From positions 496,001 to 560,000 of the forward strand of contig JABVCE010000015.1 of assembly GCA_014905635.1 (NCBI GenBank): 64,000 nt of DNA. Reading direction: 5' to 3'. The notes under the pieces were generated by a model. It saw nothing but the letters and a program-made list of their open reading frames with translations, did not search any database and was not told the DNA's origin. Origin of the DNA: Scenedesmus sp. PABB004. Its lineage: Eukaryota. Made by a program: the position numbers and the translations under genes. Shown here piece by piece: positions 1 to 15,009 of this stretch (position 1 is its first letter; each line of letters begins with the position of its first letter).

Positions 1-1841
1 CTTGACCCCTCTCTCTCCCCCAGGGCTCACCTCGGCCTCGGCCGCCTGCGTCGCAAACCACTCGTGCGGCGTGACGCTGTCAAGGAAGCCCTTGTACCTG
101 CGGGGCAGCCGGGCCGCCCCGCGGCTCGGCCGGGCCGCGAGGCCCCCGCGTGCGAGCCGCGTGCGCTGCGCCGCGCGGCTGACGCGGCCCGGTGGTTGCA
201 CGCGCGCGCACCGCCTGCACTCCTCCAGCGCCTCCTCCTGCTTGTTGAGCTCGCTGCGCAGCGCCGCGATGGCGGCGGTCAGGCGCTTGATCTCCAGCAC
301 CTGCGGTGTGTGCGTGTGTGTGCGTGTGTGTGTGTGGTGTGTGTGTGTGTGTGTGGGGGGGGGGGGGGCTGTGTGCAACGTCTCGCGACGCGGGCGCCGC
401 GCGCCCCGCCGGGCCCGGCGCCGCCGCGCCTTGTCCTGCTTGGCCTTGGCCTCCACGTCGGCGCGCCGGATGGCCTCCTGCACCTTCTCGTCATTCTCCT
501 TCAGAAAGGCGTCGAAGCGCAGCCCGTCCTCAGCCAGCATCGCCTGCGTGCGCGGCGGCGGCGGCGGCGGCCGCGCGTCGCGCTCGGCGGGCCGCAAGCC
601 GCGACAGGCCACGCCGCGGCTGCCCTCGCCGCCCCGCCCTGAGTCCCCGCCCCGCCCGACAGTCCCCCCCGGGGCGCGCCTCGCTCTTCTGCAGCGCCTC
701 CTCGCGCTGCCGCGCGCGCTCCTGCAGCTTGTGGATCTCGGCGCGCTGGGTGTCCAGCGACATCTGCGCGCGTGCGGCGGCGGCGGCGCGGCGTGTTGGG
801 CGCCGGTGCCGGCGCCAGCCGCGGCCGCCGGCGCCACCGCCCCGCCGGCGCCACCGCCCCGCCGCCGCCGCCGCAGCAGCCGCGGCCGCCACGCGCCTGC
901 ACCAGGAAGGCCTCCCGCTTCTTGGCCAGCAGGTCTGCCAGGTTCTCGCGCTCCGCGCGCCGCGGCACGCCCGCGCACACGGCGGCGGCGAGGCTCGCGT
1001 CGCCGTCGCCGGCGCCCTGCGCGGCGCGCGCGGCGCGCTTGCAGGACGCGCTTGCAGGACGCGCGCGCTCTTGCAGGACGCACGCGCTCTTGCAGGACGC
1101 GCGCTTGCAGGACGGGCGCGGCGCGCACCGTGGCGAGCGGGCGCATGGTCTCGCGGAAGCCGGCCTTGACCGCGTCGTCGATGTACAGCACCTGCTGCCT
1201 GCTGGCCGCGGTGGTCTTGTCGCGCACGCTCAGGCCCGCCGCCGCCGCCTTGGCGGACTGCCGCTCCGCGCGCTGCTCCTCCTGCCGGGCCGGGCGCGGG
1301 GCGGCGCGGCGCGGCGCGGGGCTCGGCCGCCGCGGGCGCGTGGCGTAATGCCGCCGCGGCTCGGGGCGCCGGCGCACCAGCAGCCTGAAGATGTCCTCGT
1401 TGGCTGGGATGGTGAAGGGGTTGCCGCCGCCGCTGCTGCTGCTGCCACCGCCGCCGCCGCCGCCGCCGCCCGACACGGAGGCATCGCGTTGCCTGCGCGC
1501 GCCGTGCCGCCGCTGAGCGGCCGGCGGCGCGCGGCGCGCACGCCCGGCGGCGCCCAGCGTGCGGGGCTCACGTGTTGGCCTGGCTGTCCCGCACGGTGCT
1601 GGGCTCGGGGAGGAGTCCGGCGGCGAGGCCCGTGCGGCTCTGCGTGCTCTGCCGCGCAGCAGCGGCGCCAGCAGCTCGGCGCGGGCCGCCGCAGCGACGC
1701 AGCTGCCCGGCCCTTTCGCCCCCTGCGGCCCCGCGCAGCCCTCCATCCGTCCCGCACCCGGGCGCCCAGCGTGGACATGCGCGTGGGCAACGCGTCGCCG
1801 GCCAGCCCGCCCGCCGCCGCGCTCGGCCGCCCCGGCCTCAT
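1..1841 (-). CDS. CFAP100: Cilia/flagella-associated coiled-coil protein, CFAP100 (CCDC37/38, DUF4200)-like; multi-exon, 3' end runs off the window, start uncertain
   Basis: Joined exons read NPFTIPANEDIFRL...ERENLADLLAKKREAFLVQ|MSLDTQRAEIHKLQERARQREEALQKSE|AMLAEDGLRFDAFLKENDEKVQEAIRRADVEAKAKQDK|VLEIKRLTAAIAALRSELNKQEEALEECRR|YKGFLDSVTP, which is the DUF4200 pattern. The ATG at 1841 is a guess; coding is clear only below about 1490. Confidence 0.8.
1039..1114. repeat. Intronic tandem array of TTGCAGGACG (5 copies)
   Basis: Copies start at 1039, 1052, 1071, 1090 and 1105. A related array of 4 copies lies at 6715-6790. Confidence 0.85.
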
Positions 1842-2204
1842 GCCGGACCGTGGCGCATGCCCGCCGGTCCGGAGACCGTGATACGCCTGCGCAGCGGCGC
1901 CTGGCGGGGCTGGGCGCGCCGGCGGCGCCTGCTGCGCACGGCACGGCCCGGTCTTGCTGCTGCTCGTCGTCGAGCGGCGCCCAGCAGACGCAGCCGGCAG
2001 GCGTGCACGGGAGCGTGTGGGGTGTGCCGGGGCGGTCGGGGCGAGACTGGCCGCCGACGCGCCCGGCCGCCTGCCCGCCGGGCTGCCGCCGCAAGCGCAA
2101 CAGTCGATCGCCCGCGGCGCGGTCAACGCGCACGACGCCCCCGCTCGCCCCGTGCGAGCCAGTTACTCCGCCCGCGCGCGCCGCGGACCGCCCTGGCCGC
2201 CGCC

Positions 2205-4221
2205 TCACCACCGCCGCGCCGCGTTCTGCTGCTGCGCCGGCGCGCGCATCGTGTGGGCCCCGCGCCCGCCCCCCGCGCGCAGCACCGAGGGCTTGGCCAC
2301 GATGTCGGCGCACCGAGGGATGTGCCGCTCAGCGACGAGCTCGGCAAAGCGCCGCCCGCAGTGCGGGCAGGGCACTCTGCCCGGGTGCAGCGCGGCGCGG
2401 CGGCAGCGCGGACGGCGGCGTCAGTCACGGCACGAGGGAGCCCAGGCGCGCCCCGCCGCGCGCGGTCGGGCCCCCGACGGGACAGACAGCGCACCGGGTG
2501 TCCTCGGGCTCTGGGCCGGCGTCGTAGCCGCCGCCGCCGCCGCCGTAGCCGCCGCCAGACACGGCGCCCGGCCGCGTCGACCGCATCGCGGCGCGCAGCG
2601 CCTCGCTCTGCTGCTGCCACTTGGAGCGCTTGGCGGCCGCGGCCGACACCGCGGGCCGCGCGTCCAGCGCGGCCGCCGCGCCGCCGCCGCTGCGGCCGCC
2701 GCCGCTGCGTCCGCCGCCGCCACCGCTACCGCCGCCGGCGGCGGAGCCGTCCGGCTGCCGCCGCGCCTGGGCGTCAAACGGCTTGCGCTTCTGGATAAAC
2801 ACCTTGACGCAGATGGCGGCGTGCCGCTGGAGCGCGGCCGGCGCAAAGGTCCGCCCGCAGGTCGAGCACCGCGCGCACGCGCCGCCGCCGCCATACTCGT
2901 CGGGCAGCGCGGCGGTCGCGGCCGCGCCAGACGCCCCACCGCCGCCGCCGGCGCCACCAAAGGCCTGCTGAACCGCCCCCAGCATCGCCGCACCCCAGCC
3001 GGCGCCGGCCGCGGCGCGCTGCGGCGGCGACGGCGGCGGCGACGGCGTCGCCGCCTGCTGCAGCTGCTGATGGATTGCTGCGACCGCCGCCTGCACCCTG
3101 CCGCTCGGTGCGCGCCCCGGCTGCAGCTGCGGCTGAGGCGGCGGCGGCGCGGCCGCGCGGCCGGCGGTCAGGCCGGCCGCGGGGCTGCCGGCCGGCGGCG
3201 AGCCCAGGCGGTTGGCGAGCCGCGCGCTGGAGAGCTGCTTGAGCTTGCTCAGGCCCTCGTTGCGCTGCTGGCTGGGCGGCCTCGGCTGCGCGTCCTGCTG
3301 GCTGCGCGGCCGGCTCGGCGGCGGGCTGCTCGGAACGTAGGCGTGCGGCGCCCGCTGCTGCTCCGCCTCCGCCTCGTGCGCCACCGCCGCGCGCCGGCCC
3401 GCCAGGGGCGCCGCCGCGCGCTGCGCCGCCGCGCGCCACTGCAGCGCGGCGGGGCCGCCGAGCGCGGCGTCGGCGTCGCCCTCGGCCGGGCCGCCGAGGG
3501 CGCACGCGGGCGCCCGGCCCAGCGTCGCGAGCGCAGCAGCCGCCGCGGCCGCCGCGGCCGACGGCGCCGGCGCGCCGCCGCCCCAGGCCTGGCCAGCTGC
3601 CGGCGGCTGCTGCCGCGGCTCCCGCGCGCGCCGCCCCGCCGCGGCCGGCGGCGCCGCGGGCGCGAGCGTGCCGGGCGGGGGCAGGCCCGCGCCCGGCGGG
3701 GCGGCCCCGCCCTGCCACGCCGCCGACGGTGCGGGCACGAGCGCGTAGCCGCTGGGGCTGACCGCGTTCTTGGTGAGCACGCTGCGGTAGCCGGCGATGT
3801 GCGGACCGTGCACCACGCCGCTGTGCCGCGGCGGGCGCTCGCCGGCGGCGGCGCCGAGGCCGGGGAAGCCAGCGACGCCGTCGGGGTCCCACGCCTGCTC
3901 AGCCTGCTGCTGCCCCTGCTGGGGAAGGGCTCGCAGCAGCTGCGTTGCCGGCGCGGGCGCGGCGCCGCGCGCCGCCTTGCCCGCTGCGCCGGCGGTGGAC
4001 CGCGACCAGTCGAGCGGGCGCGGGCCGGCGCGGCCGCCCGACGGGCTGGTCGGCTGCTCCTGGGCGGCTGGCTCCTCATTGGCCGCGGCCAGCCAGAGCG
4101 GATTGACGTCGCCGCCCGAGGCGAGCGCCGCACGGGCGGCGCCGCCGCCGCGCCCCGCACGGCCGCCGCCGAGGGCGCCGGCGGCCGGGCCGCGCACGCC
4201 CCAGGACAGCTCTGAACTCAT
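2205..4221 (-). CDS. C2HC zinc-finger protein (ZC2HC1-like), two exons
   Basis: CSTCGRTFAPAALQRHAAICVKVFIQKRKPFD and KRSKWQQQSEALRAAM, then after one intron VPCPHCGRRFAELVAERHIPRC. ATG at 4221, TGA at 2205-2207. Confidence 0.8.
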
Positions 4222-5255
4222 GATGGCGCGGTCAGCACCGCGCTGGTCTGGGCGGGCGCAGGGCCGCGAGCAGTACTCGCGCGGGAAGGCGCGGACCAGC
4301 CGGCCCGCCGAGCACAAGAGACGCCACGCGCACGTCGAAATCACGACCTGTGCAGGCAGGCGGACAGCCTGGCGAGCTCGCGGACGTGGCGTGGGAGGCC
4401 AGCGGGCCGCGCTGGAGAGCAGCTGGACCCTGGCTCGTTTGCCAGCTCGCTCGCGGGCCACGCCCACCACCACGCTAAATCGCGACCGAGGGCCGTCGGG
4501 AGCGCGCGGCGGGGCGAGGAAGGAAGCGATTGCAGCCGCTGCGCCGCGGCGCGCGCGCCAATCCGGCGCCAGCCGCGCCGCCGCCGCGTTTGCCGCCCCT
4601 GCACCGCCGCCGCCGCCGCACACGTCATGCTAGAAATACAATGCCGGTTGGCGCGCGCCCGCACGCCCGCCCCCCGCCTGCCCCGAGAGCCCCCCGCCCC
4701 AGCCGCGCGCGTGGCGCATGCATCGCTGCGTGCGCCGCCCCCGGCGCGGCCGCCCCGCGTTGCAGTGAACGCCCCGAAAAAGAAGCGACGCGCGCCCGCT
4801 CTGGCGCGCCGGAGCAGCCGCCGCCGCGCGCCAGGCGCGCGGCGCAGCCGCTCGCGCGCGCCCAGGCGGCCGCGGGCCCGGCTGCCGCCGCCGCCAGCGG
4901 CGCTGCCCCGCTGGCTGCTGCTGCGGCTGCTGTCGCAGCTGCACGCGACGCCCCAGCGCAGGGCTGGCACGGCCGCGGCAGCTGTGGCACCAGCGCCAGC
5001 CCGCGCCGCCGCCACCGCCGCGCCAGCCAGCTCCTGCACGCCGGCCGCCAGCGCTGCGACCGGCACCAGCCCGCGCCGCGCCGCATGCATGCGCCGGCCG
5101 ACCGCCAGCGGCGCCAGCCGCTGCTCATGCGCCGCTGTCCGCGCCCGCCCGCGGCGCAGCAGCGGCGCGCGACAGCAGCGGCGCCGCTGCCGCGCCGCGC
5201 GCGCCGCGCGCCGCGCCGCGCGGCGCGCTCCTCGGCGCGCGGCGCGCGCGTGCGC

Positions 5256-5867
5256 TCAGCAGCAGGAGCTCTTGGTGGTGGCGACGCTGCGGCCCTCGCC
5301 GGGGCGCACGGTCGCGCCGCCCGCGCGCGAGGCCATGGGCTGGCTGGCCATGCGGTTCTTGATTTCGGCCGCCATCGTCATGAACGCCTGCTCCACGTTG
5401 CTCGAGTTCTTGGCCGACGTCTCCAGGAAGGGGATGCCGATCTCGTCGGCGAAGGCCTTGGCCGTGGCGTAGTCGACGACGCGCTTGGAGGCCAGGTCGC
5501 TCTTGTTGCCCACCAGCAGCTTGTTGACGTTCTCGTTGGCGTAGCGGTCGATCTCGCTGAGCCACTGCTTCACGTTGTTGAAGCTCTCCTGGTCGGTGAC
5601 GTCGTAGACCACGATGATGCCGTGCGCGCCGCGGTAGTAGCTGGACGTGATGGTGCGGAAGCGCTCCTGGCCCGCGGTGTCCCAGATTTGGAGCTTGATC
5701 ACCTTGCCGTCGAGCTCCACGGTGCGTATCTTGAAGTCCACGCCGATGGTGGAGATGTAGCTCTCCGTGTACGTGTCGTCCGCGAAGCGCAGCAGCAGGC
5801 AGGACTTGCCGACGCCGCTGTCGCCGATCAGGAGCAGCTTGAACAGGTAATCATACTCCGGGTTCAT
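5256..5867 (-). CDS. RAB1: Rab1/Ypt1 (RabD) small GTPase, 203 aa, no intron in the CDS
   Basis: [46 protein letters not shown] and a C-terminal CC prenylation motif, all in one uninterrupted frame. Confidence 0.97.
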   Translation of the reverse strand: MNPEYDYLFKLLLIGDSGVGKSCLLLRFADDTYTESYISTIGVDFKIRTVELDGKVIKLQIWDTAGQERFRTITSSYYRGAHGIIVVYDVTDQESFNNVKQWLSEIDRYANENVNKLLVGNKSDLASKRVVDYATAKAFADEIGIPFLETSAKNSSNVEQAFMTMAAEIKNRMASQPMASRAGGATVRPGEGRSVATTKSSCC

Positions 5868-6469
5868 GGTGACGCCCCGGGGCGCCTCCACGCGGCCGGG
5901 CGGGGCGGGGCGGCGCGCGTGCGCGGCGGGAGGGCGGGCCGAAGGGATGCGAACGCGCGCGGGGCGCCGCTGGCGCGCGAGCGGGCGGCCGCGGGCGGGC
6001 GGCGGGCGTCGTGCGTGCGTACCGGGTGCGGGCGCGGACGTGTGGCGCGAGCGGGGGCGGGGGCGGCTCGCATGGGCGAGGGCGCGGAGGTCTTTGCCCG
6101 GAGGACCCGCGTGTGTGACAGGTGCTCTCGCCGCGAGCGCACGGAGGCCGCTGGCACCACTCTCTGCGCACACAAGTACGGCTCCCGCACGCGCGGTGGC
6201 GGCGGCGGCGCCGCGCGCGTCGCGCGTCGCGCAGCAGCGGCGGCGCGCGCGCCGCGGACCCGCCGGCGCCCGCTCGGTTGCCTGCCGCCTGCCCGCGCAC
6301 GCTGCGTCAAGCGCCAGCATCCAAGCATCCTGCAGTCACGCGCCCGGCGCCCCCGCTCGCTCGCAGCCGCTCGCGCCGCGCCGCGCCCGCGCCGCGCGTC
6401 CGCTCGCGCCCGCGCCGCCCCGTGCTCTCGCTCGCGCCCCGCCCCTGCCCCGCGCGCTCGCGCCGCCGC

Positions 6470-9400
6470 CTAGCCCGCCAGCTGGTTGACGTGCCCGATC
6501 GCGAGCGCGGTCGTGAGCAGGCCGAACACGAGGAAGGGCTGCGCGCTCGCCTGGTACTTGACGTCGTTGGCGATGGGGTCGGGGATGAGGTACTTGGCCT
6601 GGAAGAACATCTGCGCGTGTGTGTGTGTACAAGGCAGGCGGGGAGGCGGGCCCGGAAGGCAGGTTCAAACGCGCGCGTTCAAACGCCGCGCCGCGACAGC
6701 CGCGGGCGCGGCGCTTGCAGGACGCCGCTCGCAGGACGCGCGCACGCCGCTGGCTCGCAGGACGCGCGCGCGGCGCTGGCTTGCAGGACGCGCGCGCGGC
6801 GGCGCGCGCGGTCCGCGCGCCTGGGGCAAGATGAGGCCGAGGAGCACCGCGGCGTAGGTGGTCTGGTGGAGCCCCGCGTAGAGGTACGCGGCGACGCCGA
6901 GCTGCGTGACGTCGATGGTCGACACGCAGATCCACTTGGCCGTGTCGACCCCAAACGCGACCGGCAGCGACTGCGCGGGGCGCGCGGCGCGGCGCGGCGG
7001 GGGCTCGGCGCGCGCGCGCGGGGCCGGCGCCGCGCCGCTGCGCTCCGCCCCGCGGCGCGCTCCACGCGCCGGCCGCACGCCGCGCAGCGGCAGACGCGAT
7101 CCGCGCCCGCGCGGCAGCCCCGCCGCCCGCGCCCGCACACCACGCCCTTGGTGGCCAGGTGTTTTGTGCAGCTCGGCAGAGTTGTGCCCCGCCTGAGGCA
7201 CGACTACCTCGAGCTGCACAAACACCTGGCCACCAAGGCGTGCATGTGCCCCCCCCCCCACACACACACAAACACGCCGCCACCTCGCACACGCGCCGCC
7301 GCCGCCGCCACCACGCAGCCGCCTCGCACGCGCCGCGCAGCGACAACGCGCCGCCGCCACAAACTCGCGCGCGCCGCGCCGCCGCCGCCTCGCACGCGCC
7401 ACGCCGCGCCACGCCCAACCGCCTCGCACGCGCCGCGCAACAACACCGCCGCCGCACCTGCAGGCCCATCGCGCGGTCGCCCTCGATCGACTTGAAGTCG
7501 TTCACGATCGCGATGCCCAGCCCCGCGAGCGAGTAGAGCACGGTCAGCACCATCACGTCGGCCGACAGCGTCCCAAACAGCGCCTGGGACGGGCGGGGTT
7601 TTGGGCGGACGGGTTTTGCGGGGTTGTGGGCGGGCGGGCGGGCGGGTTTTGCAGGGGTTGAGGGTGCGGGCGGCGCGCAAGGCGGAGCGACCGCAAGGGA
7701 GGGGGAGGCGAGGGGAGGCGGAGGCGGGGCCACCAAACCAGCGCGCGCCGCCCCGCGCGCCCGCGCCGCGCCGCGCCGCGCCGCGCCGCGCACCTGGCCG
7801 GCCCACCAGGGCAGCGCGATGTAGCTGCTGCCGAGCGCGTAGTTCCCGATCCAGCCGCTCTGCTTGAGCTTCAGCGGCGGCGCGCTGTAGATGTAGCTGA
7901 TCTGTGAGGGGTGGGTGCGGGCGGGTGTGTATCGTGTGGGTGTGGGCGTGGGTGTGTGGGCGCGTGCGTACGGGCGCGTGGGGACGTGGGGGCGCCCGCC
8001 CGCCCGCCCGCGCGCGCGCCGCCGCGCCGCCGCGCCGCCGCCCGCCGCAAGGGCCCTGCGCTGCCCGCCGGCCCCGCGCTGCCCGCCGGCCCCGCGCCGC
8101 GCACACGCACGCACACACGCGCGCCCACACACACACACACACGCCCACACGCGCGCGCACCAGGGAGCCAAAGATCGTGAGGCCGAGCATGATCGGCGTG
8201 TCGTGCCCCGCCCACACGTCGAGCAGCGCGCTCGTGGCGATGCCGGCGCCGAGGAGGACGAGGAACTGCGTCACCACCTCGCCCTCGCTGATCTTGCCTG
8301 CGCGCGGCGGTTGTCGATTGGGGCGTGTTTGGCGGGGCGGGCGTGTGCCAGTGTAGCATGGGGCGTGGGGCGTGCGGCCGAGCGCCCGCGCGGCCCGTGT
8401 CTCTTCGCTGGCCCTCTGCCGCTGCGCCCGCGCTCAGGCCTGCGCGCGCTCCACCCCCGGGCCCGCCGCTGGGCCCGGCCAAAGCCCTGAGCCCCAGGCC
8501 ACCCCTAAACCCCGCGGCCACCCCTAAACCCCGCGCGCACCCGAGGGGATGGGGCGATACGGCTCGTTGATGGCGTCGATCTCGCGGTCATAGTAGTCGT
8601 TGATGGTCTGGCAGGGTTCAGGGGGGGCAGCGGGGTTCAGGGGTCGACGAGGGAGGCAGTGGGGGCAGCAGCGCGCGCGGCGGGGGCAGGGGGGGGAGTC
8701 GGGGCGAGGCGGGGGAGTCCGGCGCGCGCGCGGCCTGCCGCGCAGCCCGCCCGCCGCGCAGCCCACAAAGGTGCAACCCAATCAAACCTCTGTCCAAACC
8801 TCTGCTCAAGCCTCTGTTTAACAGAGGCAAGCCTCTGTTAAACCTCTGCTCAACCCTCCATGCCCGCACCTGCGTGTAGCCGGTGAGGAAGGGCCCCGAC
8901 ATCATGCAGCACGTCAGCAGCTGCGCGACGTCGGTCGGGTCGTTCCACACGTACTTGCCCGACGCCGCGGCGCCGCACACGACGCCTGGCCGCGCGCGGG
9001 GGCGCGGCGGGCTGAGTTCAGCGGCGGGCTGGGCGCGGGCGGCGGCGCGCCGTGCCGCGGGCGCCCCTGCCGCCGGCCGCCTGCTGCCGCGGCCGCCGGC
9101 GGCTCCCGGCGGCGGCGCCGCCCCGGGCGCGGCACCCCAGCAGCAGCGCCCCCCCCCCCCTCCCCCCCCCCCACACACACAGACACAGACGCAGGCCCGC
9201 CGGCGGCGGCGGCGGCGGCGGCGCGGCGGCCCCGCGGGCGCGCACCCCAGATGAGGGGCACCCAGGTGACGGGCTTGGTGAGCTGGACGCGGATCTTCCA
9301 GATGTCATCCTCGTCGCCCGCGCCCTTCATGCCCAGCATCTGCCGCACGCCGCTGTCCTTGGCCGCCTCGGCCTTGCTGTCGGGGCCCGCCTCCGCCTTG

Positions 9401-9844
9401 CTCTGGCTCGCCGCCGGGCGCAGCGCCGGCGCGCGGCCTGGGGCGGCGCGCGGCGCGCGGCGCGGCGGCGGCGCGGGCGGTTGGCGCGGGCGCGGGCGCG
9501 GCGGCGCGATCGGGCGGCGCCCAGGGGCGGCGCCCGGCGGGGGCGCGCCGGGGGCGGCGGCGCGGCGCGCCATGCGGCCGGCGGCGCGGGGGCGGCGCCG
9601 GCGCGGCGCGCGGCGGCGGCGCGCTGGTGCCGCCGGCGGCGCGCTGGTGCCGCCGGCGAGGCCAGGGCGCGGCGCATTCGCGGCTCCGCCGGGCCAGCCC
9701 GCCCCAGGGCCGCCCGCCGCACTCACTGGCGCCGCGGCCTGGCCGGCAGGGCCGGCTGAGGGGCGCGATGGCCATGGCGCTCGGGCAGCGCCGAGCGCCC
9801 GCCAGGCGGGCCCCGGCCGTCTGGCGCAGCATGGATTGCGCCAT
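6470..9844 (-). CDS. CHLG: Chlorophyll synthase, plastid-targeted, about 9 exons
   Basis: Exons: RVQLTKPVTWVPLIWG|VVCGAAASG...GPFLTGYTQ|TINDYYDREIDAINEPYRPIPSG|...|ISYIYSAPPLKLKQSGWIGNYALGSSYIALPWWAGQ|...IAIVNDFKSIEGDR|SLPVAFG...|...DPIANDVKYQASAQPFLVFG. The N-terminus resembles a transit peptide. Confidence 0.96.
7141..7242. repeat. About 100-bp near-perfect inverted repeat in a CHLG intron
   Basis: CACGCCCTTGGTGGCCAGGTGTTTTGTGCAGCTCG pairs with CGAGCTGCACAAACACCTGGCCACCAAGGCGTG (two single-base indels); an inner stem AGTTGTGCC/GGCACGACT follows. Confidence 0.85.
8784..8858. repeat. Intronic array of a ~12-bp AA(A/G)CCTCTG unit with one inverted copy
   Basis: About six direct units, with the central palindrome GCCTCTGTTTAACAGAGGC. 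Confidence 0.8.
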
Positions 9845-10130
9845 GGCGGTGCGCGGCGCGCGCTGGGAGGCCTGTAGCGTGCGGTCGGGCGGCGGGTGGC
9901 GAGGGAGGGCCGCGCGGCGCCGATCCGGCGGGGGTGTGGCGCGGTGGGCGTGGGGGAGCGGCGCGGCGCGAGTGGGGGCGCCGCGGCGGGGCGTGGGCGC
10001 TTAGCAGCAGGGCATTCGAGGAGGCAACAAAATGACAGCAGCAGCAGGGCGCGCTGCCTCCCCTGGCCGCCCCGCCCACCCCCGCGACGCACATTCACGC
10101 CGCCCAGCCCGCCCGTGACCGCCCCGCACC

Positions 10131-11275
10131 ATGCTGACCCGACAGCAGCTCGCCCGGGCGTGCCGGGGCGCGCCGACGGCGCCCCGCGCCCCGCCGCGGC
10201 CGTCCCGGCGCCGCGCCGTGGTGGTGGCGGCGGTGGAGCACGACCCGGAGGGCCTGTTCAAGGGCCTGGCGCCCAAGACGGGCATCATCGAGCGCCGCCT
10301 CATGATGAAGCAAATGGAGACGGCGGACAGCGAGTTCAAGAAGGTCCTCAACATGGCCGGCGACGAGGACCGCAAGGTCCAGCTCATGCGCCGGGAGAGC
10401 CGCAAGCCGCCGGAGGACCACCACGAGCTCATCGAGTACTTCCTGAACACCCAGGCCGACGACATGGAGGTGCGCCGCGCCCGGCGGGTGGCGGGCGAGG
10501 CGCCCCAGCTCCCCGCGGGCCGGCGCGGCCGCCGGCGGCGCGGCCGCGCCGCGGCGGCCCGCGGCGGCGGCGCAGCAGCGGCGCCGCGCCTGGCAGCGGC
10601 GCCGCGCGCCCGCCGGCGGCCCACCCTGGCCCCGCGCGCGCCCGGCAGCTCGCGGACCGGCGCACGCAGCCGTGCCAGCGGCCGCGGGAGCTGCGGGGGC
10701 GGCGGCGCGGGCGCGGCGGCCGCCGCTGGCAGCGGCAGCGGCAGCGGGGCCGGCGGCAGCGGTGCCGATCGCGCCGGCGCCTTCGGCAGGGCCGCCGCGC
10801 CACCGCGCCGCCGGGCAGCGGTGGCTCGGCCCCCGACGCCCGCCGCCCGCCGCCCGCCGCCCGACGCCCGCGCGCGCAGTTTGAGGTCGCGCGCTGCCGG
10901 CCGGCGCTGACGGCCGAGTTCTTCAAGACGCTCGACGCGCTGCTCGGCGCGGAGCGCTTTGCCGCCAAGCCCGACGAGGACCGGCTCGCGGAGCTCGACA
11001 CGCTGCGGCAGTACCTCGAGGAGGGCGCCGAGGCGGTGGACAAGGCCGTCGCGGCCAACGTGAGCGCGGTCGAGCGCATGAAGGCGCTGCTCTCGGCGGC
11101 GGACAAGAAGGCCAAGATCCGGGACATGGCCGCGGCGAACGAGATCGACGCGCCGCTGATGGACCTGCTGCAGCAAAACATCGACGCCGCGCGCGCCGCG
11201 GGGCAGGAGGCGCCCGCGGAGTTCATGGAGAAGGTCCGCGCCGCGGCGGCAAAGTTCATGGTCACCGGCGCGTGA
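10131..11275 (+). CDS. Conserved green-lineage helical protein, probably plastid-targeted, function unknown; two exons (intron about 10470-10879)
   Basis: R/A/P-rich transit-peptide-like start, then strongly codon-biased ...ELIEYFLNTQADDME|FEVARCRPALTAEFF...AEFMEKVRAAAAKF. The GT-AG intron joins the two frames. Confidence 0.75.
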
Positions 11276-12060
11276 GCGGGCTGCCCGCTCACGCGGCGCG
11301 GCGCGCGCTGGGCGGGGCCGCGGCCTCGGCGGCGGCGGCGGCGGCGGCGGCACTGAACTCTGTACCAACACACACACCATTTTGTTGACTCGGCGGTGGT
11401 GATGCGAGGCGGGCGGCGGCGGGGGCGCGCAGGATGGCGGGCGCCGGGCGTGCGTGGCGCGCGCGTGCCTGCGCGGACGCGCTCGCCGGCCACCGACCCG
11501 CGCAGGCGACGGGCCCTCTGCCCGGCCGCTGGCGGGGCGTGGTAACCAAGAGCAGGCGCGGAGCGGGTGCGCACGCACGGCCGGCCGCCGCCGGCCGCCG
11601 CCGCCGCCGCGCGCGTGCCTGCTGGCCGGCCGTGCTGCAGATCTGTGAGCTCAGTCCCAGCGTGAATTGAGGCGCGGACGGGCGCGCGGGTGGCGCGGGG
11701 GACGACCGCGGGACGCGTGCGCGCCCCCCGCGGCCCGAGCAGGCGCGCCCGCGGCCCGGTCGCGGGCGCTGAAGATCGTACACGTGCTCTCAGAGGCTCT
11801 CCGTCAGAGCACAAGGCCCGCAGCTGCCCCCAGCACGCGCTAGCGGAGCCAACGTGCGGCGCAACGCAGGCGCCCGCCCTCGCCCGCCCCTCGAGCGCCG
11901 CTCGCGGACGGCCCTCCCCCACAACGGGTGGGGATCTGGGAACACGCACGGCCTGCGGCGGTCGCCGGCGGCCGCGCGCTGCGGACGCCGCGCCGTGCCG
12001 TGCGCAGCAGCGCGCTGACCCGCGCCGCCGCGCGTCGCCCGGGCTCCAGGGGCGCCCGCC

Positions 12061-14822
<2,762 letters not shown>

Positions 14823-14971
14823 GGGGCGGGCGCGCGGCCGCCGCATCGCATTGCTCCTTCTTTCTTTCGCTGCTGTCCCGGCGCCGCGCGGCCGCGGCGC
14901 CTTCGTTGCTGGGGGCGGCCGCGCGCGGTGGAGCGGGCGGCTGCGCGTGAACAACGGCGCGCGTTGACTGG

Positions 14972-15009
14972 GGCGAGGTTGACTAGGCGAGGTTGACTAG
15001 GCGAGGTTG
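14972..15009. repeat. 14-bp tandem repeat GGCGAGGTTGACTA (about 3 copies)
   Basis: Read directly, downstream of the GH9 stop codon. Confidence 0.8.

Noticed and set aside
306..368. (GT)n and poly-G tracts; also the (CAG)n poly-Q tract at 44356-44409
   Set aside because: Ordinary microsatellites and low-complexity coding runs.
1039..1114. TTGCAGGACG array as a CRISPR
   Set aside because: The repeat is 10 bp with spacers of only 3-9 nt, it lies in a eukaryotic intron, and there are no cas genes.
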